A DNA stretch of 40,942 bases, from positions 1-40,942 of IMG/VR virus record IMGVR_UViG_2531839450_000010, one strand, 5' to 3'. Shown here piece after piece: positions 9,616-16,590 of the stretch. Origin of the DNA: a virus. Taxonomy: Duplodnaviria > Heunggongvirae > Uroviricota > Caudoviricetes. The position numbers and the translations under genes are program-made. The notes below the pieces were generated by a model. That model was not told the origin of the DNA, searched no databases, and worked only from the letters and a program-made list of their open reading frames with translations. Every line of letters starts with the position of its first letter. The first letter of the stretch is position 1.

Positions 9616-11531
9616 GCCGCTACCCCCGCTTTCTGGATTGCTACCAGCAGATCAGCCAGGTGGCGAGCAGCGCCATTAACCAGCTCTTCGTTTTCCTCAA
9701 AACGCCCGGCAGCCTGAAGGGCTGCAATCGCTTCCCGGACATTACCCCGGGCGTTACGGATCTCCGCCATGTCAGTGCTTTGCATATCCATCACGTTATT
9801 GAGATATTCAATGGCTTTATTAGCCTCTGCATCTGCTTCGCTAACCGTTTCATCAGGCTGTGCCGGGGCAGGTTCTGGCTGAGTAATCTCACCGACTTCG
9901 GCCTGCAATGCATTGATCATGCTCTGCACCATTTTCTCGGTGCCAGCGCCCCCCGGATACGCAATATTGGGGAAAGTTTTTTGAAACTGAGTTTTCAGCA
10001 TTACGCGGAACTCGTCTGGTGAGCTGGTGGCCAGCTCCAGAGCTTTTTGTGCATATTTGCCAAACGGACCATTAGTAAGTGTCTTCGCCAAGAAGTCGAA
10101 AGAATCCTCGCGAGGCAATAACTTCAGGTCGTACTCACTCATTTGCTGATCAGAAAGCGGGGTATCGTAAGTAGCAATGCCGTAGCGTGCATATTCATAA
10201 TACGGGTCACCTTCATCAGGGCGCGGCAGAATTGCTTTGTTACCTTCAGGTATTGCGCCAGGGGCCGCCGGACGCATTTGCAGGGCATATCGATATGCAC
10301 CTACAGAGATTTCTGGTTCAGGCGAAGAGCTACCGGTATCCTCCGCTGGTTCAGGTTCGACGTTTTCCGGTTTATGTTCTTCTGGTTGGACCAGGTATTC
10401 CGATACATTACCCGCTTTATAGGCTTTAAACAGCTTGCCGATCGCATCTGCCATGTCCACACCCTGTATGGATTTAGCCTTGATCATGTACACGCTGCCA
10501 TCCGAATCGGTTAACTGGATATACCCTTCACCGTCCTCAATGAATTGCTTCATTGATGCACCATTACTGAGCGTCACTTCCCCGTTCATATGCATACGAT
10601 TTTTGATACTTGCAAGGCGATCCGTCATCGCGCGAGAGTGTCCACCAGTCATCCCCGCAGGAGCAATGGTTTCGCGCCCACCAGTTCGATTGAGCTGATC
10701 AATCTCCGTCTGCAAACGCTCATTCTCTTCATAAAGAGAATCCGCTTCCGATGCAACAGCGTTAATTTTCTGCTCCAGATCTACCTTCTGCCCTTCTACC
10801 GCTGCCACCTGATCCGCGAGGTCGCTCATGGCATCCTCTTTCTGGTCACTGTCAGCCTGTAGTTGGGTTATTTCATCAACCAGGGCTTTTTTCTTCTTCT
10901 GCGCACGCTGGAATTTTGCCGAGTTTTTCTCTGCAAGGTTGGCAAGTTTCATGGTGACCTGCGCCAGCGTCATATCACGTCCACTCATCGGAGCAACGGT
11001 ATGAGTAACGTCTTTTTTATTCAGTAAGAACTGGAAAGCAATCAGCGTATCGCTATTGGTGATCCGGTTTTCCGCTGTCGGGCTATGAAACAGAATGCTG
11101 ATAGTCTGACCATCACTGAGCGGAATAATGGCTGGCAGGACCGGCAGCCCGTTAACGTTACGTGCCCGGCCAATTTCAGCCCCGCCGATCGCGCGTGCAC
11201 CGTTCTGGGCCACATCCCCCGTTTTATCACTCCCCGCAGAGATTCCGGTACCATTCAGCTTCTGGTTCAATGCCCGGACAAATGCCTGCATGGTCCGGTG
11301 TAGCTGCAAACGAGTAGAACTAATCGCCTCCAGTAAATCCGTAGCACACCAGTGGATCGGCGTGTCATAGAAGAACGTAGCCTCGATTTCCTCCAGGGTG
11401 TTGGATTCCGTCATCAGATAGCGGTCCTCACCGGCCATTAATGCGCGATATTCATCATCAGTCACTGGCGGGGGAAGCACGTCAAGCCCAGGTTTGATCG
11501 TCACCCCTTTATTGATATTGAACTGTTCCAT
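9612..11531 (-). CDS. darA: Antirestriction virion protein (P1 DarA-like)
   Basis: 639 aa with a central coiled-coil region; shares a short motif (KNSAKFQ) with the preceding 203-aa protein, consistent with the P1 Hdf (homolog of DarA fragment) relationship. Confidence 0.55.
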   Translation of the reverse strand: MEQFNINKGVTIKPGLDVLPPPVTDDEYRALMAGEDRYLMTESNTLEEIEATFFYDTPIHWCATDLLEAISSTRLQLHRTMQAFVRALNQKLNGTGISAGSDKTGDVAQNGARAIGGAEIGRARNVNGLPVLPAIIPLSDGQTISILFHSPTAENRITNSDTLIAFQFLLNKKDVTHTVAPMSGRDMTLAQVTMKLANLAEKNSAKFQRAQKKKKALVDEITQLQADSDQKEDAMSDLADQVAAVEGQKVDLEQKINAVASEADSLYEENERLQTEIDQLNRTGGRETIAPAGMTGGHSRAMTDRLASIKNRMHMNGEVTLSNGASMKQFIEDGEGYIQLTDSDGSVYMIKAKSIQGVDMADAIGKLFKAYKAGNVSEYLVQPEEHKPENVEPEPAEDTGSSSPEPEISVGAYRYALQMRPAAPGAIPEGNKAILPRPDEGDPYYEYARYGIATYDTPLSDQQMSEYDLKLLPREDSFDFLAKTLTNGPFGKYAQKALELATSSPDEFRVMLKTQFQKTFPNIAYPGGAGTEKMVQSMINALQAEVGEITQPEPAPAQPDETVSEADAEANKAIEYLNNVMDMQSTDMAEIRNARGNVREAIAALQAAGRFEENEELVNGAARHLADLLVAIQKAGVAA

Positions 11532-11532
11532 G

Positions 11533-12144
11533 TTAATTTCCTGCTTTCAGTTGCTTAAGACGGCGTTTGAGTTCGCCATTTCGGGCCTTTTCGTTATTGA
11601 GTCGGCCTGTCTCCTTATCCAGCTTCGCCCGCAAATCAGTGATCTGCTGTTGATTGAAAGACACCGAGTTCTGCGCTGATTTATAAGCGGCAACCACCTG
11701 AGCATTCCGCTGTTTTGCCTCTTGCAGGCGCTGAAAGTTGGATTTTACTGCCGGTTTCTTGTCTACCGGATTGGCAACACGTTTCGCTTTGGCGATCAGT
11801 GATTTCTGGAATTTTGCGGAGTTTTTGCGGGCCGCTTGCCCCATGACGGTACCAAGCGTCTTGATATCCGGCGACTGAGCGTTAGGAATAGCTTTTCCAT
11901 TCAGCCTCACAGACGATATATCGCCAGTATCGTTTACCTGTATGGCAAGAATTTGTCCGTCGTTAAGAACCAGCTTTGCGGTTTTAACTTTAACGCCATC
12001 TTTCGTTGTTGCGCGGTTGCTGGAGTCAACCTCAATTACCGTAACACCGGTTTTATTGATCGCCGCGATAAGGGATTTCAGCCCCTTTTCATTAACCTGG
12101 TCAAAATCGACCGTTGCATACTTATTTTTCGTCATCTGACACAT
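11533..12144 (-). CDS. hdf: Hdf-like protein (homolog of DarA fragment)
   Basis: 203 aa immediately upstream of the DarA-like gene, sharing the KNSAKFQ motif and a basic coiled-coil C-terminus. Confidence 0.45.
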   Translation of the reverse strand: MCQMTKNKYATVDFDQVNEKGLKSLIAAINKTGVTVIEVDSSNRATTKDGVKVKTAKLVLNDGQILAIQVNDTGDISSVRLNGKAIPNAQSPDIKTLGTVMGQAARKNSAKFQKSLIAKAKRVANPVDKKPAVKSNFQRLQEAKQRNAQVVAAYKSAQNSVSFNQQQITDLRAKLDKETGRLNNEKARNGELKRRLKQLKAGN

Positions 12145-12565
12145 CCTGTGCGAGATTTATTACGTAACTTCTGCGGATTTGCTGAGTAACAGGGAAAATC
12201 CGATACAACGGGTTAATGAACGAGTCGCCATGCGTAACCATGACGTTGAAATGCCACAGTCGCTCTCCTTTACCCATATATTCAGTGGGTATGTACAACC
12301 ATTCACTGTTTTCGCCCTGTTCAGCCGACGTCAGACAACGTTGTTCGCCTTCAATCACTGTCGTTGGCTTCTGAACATCGCGGATCCAATATCTGACCGT
12401 TGCGCCGCGCAAAAACGGGAATTTAGACCGGTATTTGAACGGCACCCGGATGAAACCCGGTTTAATTTCCACATCACCAAGTTCTAAATGCGTGATGTCC
12501 TTGCGTTTTAGCAAATAGCGATCGGCTAAGGCTAACGCAAGAACGCATACACCCCAGCCAATCAT
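12122..12565 (-). CDS. lydB: Antiholin-like protein (P1 LydB-like)
   Basis: 147 aa, overlaps the holin gene end; position and size match the P1 lydA-lydB pair heading the dar operon, by recall. Confidence 0.45.
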   Translation of the reverse strand: MIGWGVCVLALALADRYLLKRKDITHLELGDVEIKPGFIRVPFKYRSKFPFLRGATVRYWIRDVQKPTTVIEGEQRCLTSAEQGENSEWLYIPTEYMGKGERLWHFNVMVTHGDSFINPLYRIFPVTQQIRRSYVINLAQDVSDDEK

Positions 12566-12891
12566 TTCCCGCCTCCCTTTTTCACCAAACTTGTAAGAAC
12601 ATTCAGAATGCTATCGATATTCACTCGTTTCATCCCTGAAATCACCTCATGACCGTTATTGCTGGCTATCGTTACCATTAAGTACGTAATTGATAACTCC
12701 CAGCCCTCGTGTTGCCCCAATAGGTACGCCACCGCGCCAGCTGTCACTGCAACAAAGATCTCCGTAACCAATCCCAACAAATTGCCAGACTGGCGACCGT
12801 CTCGGACATCCATCAGGAACGTGCCTATCCCACCAATTACTGAAAGCAGGAGCGCAATAGCAACTGGAGCTAATTCCTGTGTGTCAAGCAC
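12562..12891 (-). CDS. lydA: Holin (P1 LydA-like)
   Basis: 109 aa with hydrophobic transmembrane segments (APVAIALLLSVIGGIGTFLM; IFVAVTAGAVAYLLG) and a charged C-terminus. Confidence 0.6.
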   Translation of the reverse strand: MLDTQELAPVAIALLLSVIGGIGTFLMDVRDGRQSGNLLGLVTEIFVAVTAGAVAYLLGQHEGWELSITYLMVTIASNNGHEVISGMKRVNIDSILNVLTSLVKKGGGK

Positions 12892-12951
12892 AAGTTCCCT
12901 CCTACGTTGTCAGGAGGTAATGGTATGCAAAGTAACTTCTCATCTGGTTGT

Positions 12952-13236
12952 TCATAATTTGCCAATACATTCGTAAATCAAGTGAAAAACCCATATTTTG
13001 GTTATTCTTAATACAAAATGGCTATTCCAACTACATATCAAAAAAGCAACCACATCCAAAAATGAGTTTCCCCACTGAACTTCTGCAAGACAAAAACCAA
13101 CAAAACCACCTTTTATGGCAAGCAGCCATGCTTCAAGCCAATGTAAAAAACATGGCTTATAAGCTCCACGCCTAACTCCAGTAAGAAATAAATAGGTTCC
13201 ACTAATAATGGACATTAAAAAAATCAAAATCTGCAT
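12952..13236 (-). CDS. Hypothetical small hydrophobic protein (may be spurious in an AT-rich divergent promoter region)
   Basis: 94-aa ORF between lydA and cin; Trp/Cys/Phe-rich, no recognisable motif. Confidence 0.2.
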   Translation of the reverse strand: MQILIFLMSIISGTYLFLTGVRRGAYKPCFLHWLEAWLLAIKGGFVGFCLAEVQWGNSFLDVVAFLICSWNSHFVLRITKIWVFHLIYECIGKL

Positions 13237-13357
13237 AAGCTCCTCCCGGATCTAACAAAAATCAAGCAGGAACCTATTCAGATTGTTATTTCTGTGCATA
13301 ACGCTTTGTTCTTTAAAATTCGCAGACTCATAAGAACAACGCATTAGAGTAAAAATC

Positions 13358-13918
13358 ATGCTGATCGGCTATGTACGCGTATCAACAAATGAACAAAACA
13401 CTGCTTTGCAACGAAATGCCCTTGAAAGCGCAGGATGTGAGCTAATTTTTGAGGATAAGGCGAGCGGCAAACAGACTGAACGCCCTGGGCTAAAAAAGGT
13501 TTTGCGTATGCTTTCCAGAGGTGACACCCTGGTCGTATGGAAGTTAGATCGTCTTGGGCGCAGCATGCGTCACTTGGTTGTGCTGGTGGAAGAGCTGCGT
13601 GACAGAGGAATTAATTTCCGGAGTCTCGCTGACTCTATCGACACCAGTACACCAATGGGGCGCTTTTTCTTTCACGTAATGGGAGCGCTGGCAGAAATGG
13701 AACGTGAGCTTATCGTTGAACGTACACGCGCTGGACTTGATGCAGCTCGCGCAGAAGGTCGTATAGGTGGGCGTCGGCCTAAATACCAAGAAGAAACATG
13801 GCAGCAAATGCGGCGATTGCTGGAGAATGGCATCCCCCGTAAGCAGGTTGCAATCATCTATGATGTGGCTGTTTCCACGCTTTATAAGAAGTTTCCGGCG
13901 TCGTCATTTCAATCCTAA
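13358..13918 (+). CDS. cin: Serine DNA invertase, Hin/Gin/Cin/Pin family
   Basis: 186 aa; N-terminal MLIGYVRVSTNEQNT with the catalytic Ser, and conserved GDTLVVWKLDRLGRS and GRIGGRRPK blocks closely matching Gin. The stop codon lies inside the left crossover site. Confidence 0.92.
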   Translation: MLIGYVRVSTNEQNTALQRNALESAGCELIFEDKASGKQTERPGLKKVLRMLSRGDTLVVWKLDRLGRSMRHLVVLVEELRDRGINFRSLADSIDTSTPMGRFFFHVMGALAEMERELIVERTRAGLDAARAEGRIGGRRPKYQEETWQQMRRLLENGIPRKQVAIIYDVAVSTLYKKFPASSFQS

Positions 13919-13935
13919 ACCTTGGTTTAAGAGAA
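13910..13935. other. Invertase crossover site, left (cixL-like 26-bp site)
   Basis: CAATCCTAAACC-TT-GGTTTAAGAGAA: AAACC/GGTTT half-sites around a 2-bp core, directly abutting cin. Confidence 0.8.
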
Positions 13936-14065
13936 CTCGGTACCAGCGGTGAAAAGATCCCCCTGTTGAGCACGGCTAACACATGGAGTGCGCGCCAGAT
14001 TTTCAACGGAGGGATCACCGGGGCACTGACAGGGAACGCCGACACCGCGACGAAATTGAAAACAG
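13924..14065. repeat. Left inverted repeat of the invertible segment (~140 bp, ~95% identical to the inverse of 17645..17786)
   Basis: Direct comparison of this stretch with the reverse complement of the right-hand copy shows only a handful of mismatches before the sequences diverge. Confidence 0.8.
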
Positions 14066-15123
14066 CACGCACTATTGGCGGTGTGGCATTTGATGGTACT
14101 GCGAATATTAATTTACCTGGTGTTAACGTTGCGGGTAATCAGAATACATCCGGTAACGCGGCTACAGCGACCAAGTTGCAGACAGCATGTACTATCAACG
14201 GCGTCTCGTTTGATGGTTCTAAAAATATTGAGCTAACGGCGGAAGATTTAAATCTACAGGAATTTATTAATAAAGCAAATAATGCCGTTCAGCGTTCAGG
14301 CGATATCTTGTCCGGCGGACTTACTTTTGAAAACGACTCAATCCTTGCCTGGATTCGAAATACTGACTGGGCGAAGATTGGATTTAAAAATGATGCCGAT
14401 GGTGACACTGATTCATACATGTGGTTTGAAACAGGGGATAACGGCAATGAATATTTCAAATGGAGAAGCCGCCAGAGTACCACAACAAAAGACCTGATGA
14501 CGTTGAAATGGGATGCACTAAATATTCTTGTTAATGCCGTCATTAATGGCTGTTTTGGAGTTGGTACGACGAATGCACTAGGTGGTAGCTCTATTGTTCT
14601 TGGTGATAATGATACCGGATTTAAACAGAATGGAGACGGTATTCTTGATGTTTACGCTAATAGTCAGCGAGTATTCCGCTTTCAGAATGGAGTTGCTATT
14701 GCTTTTAAAAACATTCAGGCAGGTGATAGTAAAAAGTTCTCGCTATCCAGCTCCAACACCTCCACAAAGAATGCAACGTTTAATTTATGGGGTGCTTCCA
14801 CCCGTCCAGTGGTTGCAGAATTAGGCGATGAGGCCGGATGGCATTTCTATAGCCAGCGAAATACAGATAACTCGGTAATATTTGCTGTTAACGGTCAGAT
14901 GCAACCCAGCAACTGGGGAAATTTTGATTCCCGCTATGTGAAAGATGTTCGCCTGGGTACGCGAGTTGTTCAATTGATGGCGCGAGGTGGTCGTTATGAA
15001 AAAGCCGGACACACGATTACCGGATTAAGAATCATTGGTGAAGTAGATGGCGATGATGAAGCCATCTTCAGGCCGATACAAAAGTACATCAATGGCACAT
15101 GGTATAACGTTGCGCAGGTGTAA
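13966..15123 (+). CDS. Alternative tail-fibre variable C-terminal segment (Sv'), promoterless in this orientation
   Basis: Frame is open back to the crossover site (13924) and encodes GLRELGTSGEKIPLLSTANTWSARQ, identical to the junction in the expressed fibre gene. C-terminus ...INGTWYNVAQV parallels the other copy. Confidence 0.8.
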   Translation: MSTANTWSARQIFNGGITGALTGNADTATKLKTARTIGGVAFDGTANINLPGVNVAGNQNTSGNAATATKLQTACTINGVSFDGSKNIELTAEDLNLQEFINKANNAVQRSGDILSGGLTFENDSILAWIRNTDWAKIGFKNDADGDTDSYMWFETGDNGNEYFKWRSRQSTTTKDLMTLKWDALNILVNAVINGCFGVGTTNALGGSSIVLGDNDTGFKQNGDGILDVYANSQRVFRFQNGVAIAFKNIQAGDSKKFSLSSSNTSTKNATFNLWGASTRPVVAELGDEAGWHFYSQRNTDNSVIFAVNGQMQPSNWGNFDSRYVKDVRLGTRVVQLMARGGRYEKAGHTITGLRIIGEVDGDDEAIFRPIQKYINGTWYNVAQV

Positions 15124-15126
15124 GTT

Positions 15127-15654
15127 ATGCAGCATTTAAAGAACATTAAGTCAGGTAATCCAAAAACAAAAGAGCAATATCAGCTAACAAAGAATTTTGA
15201 TGTTATCTGGTTATGGTCCGAAGACGATAAAAACTGGTATGAGGAAGTGAAAAACTTTCAGCCAGACACAATAAAGATTGTTTACGATGCAAATAATATT
15301 ATTGTCGCCATCACTAAAGATGCCTCCACGCTTAACCCTGAAGGTTTTAGCGTCGTTGAGGTTCCTGATATTACAGCCAACCGCCGCGCTGATGATTCAG
15401 GAAAGTGGATGTTTAAGGATGGAGCTGTAGTTAAACGGATTTATACGGCAGACGAACAGCAACAACAGGCCGAATCACAAAAGGCCGCATTGCTTTCCGA
15501 AGCTGAATCAGTCATCCAGCCGCTGGAACGCGCTGTCAGGCTGAATATGGCAACAGACGAGGAACGCACACGACTGGAAGCATGGGAACGCTACAGTGTT
15601 CTGGTCAGCCGTGTGGATACGGCAAATCCTGAATGGCCACAAAAGCCTGAATAA
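15127..15654 (+). CDS. Tail fibre assembly protein (U'-type, alternative copy)
   Basis: 175 aa, N-terminus [22 protein letters not shown], paralogous to the 177-aa protein on the opposite strand; typical Tfa size and position. Confidence 0.85.
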   Translation: MQHLKNIKSGNPKTKEQYQLTKNFDVIWLWSEDDKNWYEEVKNFQPDTIKIVYDANNIIVAITKDASTLNPEGFSVVEVPDITANRRADDSGKWMFKDGAVVKRIYTADEQQQQAESQKAALLSEAESVIQPLERAVRLNMATDEERTRLEAWERYSVLVSRVDTANPEWPQKPE

Positions 15655-15659
15655 AAATT

Positions 15660-15679
15660 AAGGCCCGCTATCGGGCCTT
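15660..15679. terminator. Bidirectional terminator-like hairpin between the convergent tail-fibre-assembly genes
   Basis: AAGGCCCG-CTAT-CGGGCCTT stem-loop in the 28-bp gap between the two stop codons. Confidence 0.6.
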
Positions 15680-15682
15680 GTC

Positions 15683-16216
15683 TCATTCAGGTTGTTCGGG
15701 AAATGTTACTGGCAGGCTGGAGGTGTCTGTAGATTCGACTTTCTGCGCATAGAGCATCCACTCAGTTAATTTTTGTTTATTCTCGTCGGAAATGATGCCC
15801 AGCCGTAGCTGTGAGTCCCATAGCTGGGTTTTATCCCTGACAAGTTGCAACAGGCTTTGTTTTTCATTCTCTGCCTGCTGCCTTTGTTCCTCCTCGGTAT
15901 AAGTTCGCTTTATCACTACGCCATCTTTGAACATCCATTTACCCGAAATATCAGCCCGGCGATTTGCTGTAATATCAGGAACCTCAACGACGCTTGCGCC
16001 TTCTGGATTAATTGCTGAAACATCCTTTTCAATACAAATAATAACGTCGTTGTGGTCATAGACCATTTTCAACGTATCAGGCTGAAAGTTCTTTTGTTCC
16101 TCATACCAGTTTTTCCCATCCTCTGTATAAAGCCATTTGATGTTAAATTGTTTCGTTAGCTGGTATTGCTCTTTTGTTTCAGGATTACCAGCAGAAATGT
16201 TTTTTAAGTGCATCAT
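15683..16216 (-). CDS. U: Tail fibre assembly protein (U-type, expressed orientation)
   Basis: 177 aa, [22 protein letters not shown]...; directly follows the tail-fibre gene. Confidence 0.85.
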   Translation of the reverse strand: MMHLKNISAGNPETKEQYQLTKQFNIKWLYTEDGKNWYEEQKNFQPDTLKMVYDHNDVIICIEKDVSAINPEGASVVEVPDITANRRADISGKWMFKDGVVIKRTYTEEEQRQQAENEKQSLLQLVRDKTQLWDSQLRLGIISDENKQKLTEWMLYAQKVESTDTSSLPVTFPEQPE

Positions 16217-16218
16217 CG

Positions 16219-16590
16219 TTAAATACTCCCCGCGTTATACCACGTCCCATTAATGCAATACTGAATTGGCCTTGCCTGAGTTGTATCAATTAATTCATCA
16301 CGGTTTCCGTTAACTGAACCTGTAACGACATAACCTGACCTGTCAGACCAGCCGGGACCATTCCATGTCTGAACAGATGACAGACCGCCCAGGCGAATAC
16401 CTGTAATAAACCTTGAGTTACATTCTGCCTGCGTATATGCACCAACATCCCCCGCAGAGGGTTTGCGGGTTGTGGTGTAAAACTCTGACCAGTTAGCTTC
16501 AAAGCCATAACCATCACGCGCTGAACGATAAAAGATACCGCCGTTCTTATAATTCACGCGGAACTGTACAGCAGGGCAACTCCCCCGCAT
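16219..16590 (-). CDS. Tail-fibre C-terminal fragment in a shifted frame (continuation of the fibre gene after a frameshift)
   Basis: C-terminus ...ARPIQYCINGTWYNAGSI parallels the alternative copy's ...FRPIQKYINGTWYNVAQV. Overlaps the end of the 16547..19147 frame at a C5/G5 run. Confidence 0.7.
   Translation of the reverse strand: MRGSCPAVQFRVNYKNGGIFYRSARDGYGFEANWSEFYTTTRKPSAGDVGAYTQAECNSRFITGIRLGGLSSVQTWNGPGWSDRSGYVVTGSVNGNRDELIDTTQARPIQYCINGTWYNAGSI

Noticed and set aside
12880-12900. CACAAGT-type motif seen upstream of lyz, the R-like gene and the capsid gene, as a possible late-promoter element
   Set aside because: Only two or three loose instances with inconsistent spacing to any -10 element; I cannot recall the P1 late-promoter consensus with certainty, so it is not reported as a feature.
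13330-13350. Weak C1-operator-like sequence upstream of cin (ATTAGAG core)
   Set aside because: About six mismatches to the 17-bp consensus, so not distinguishable from chance.
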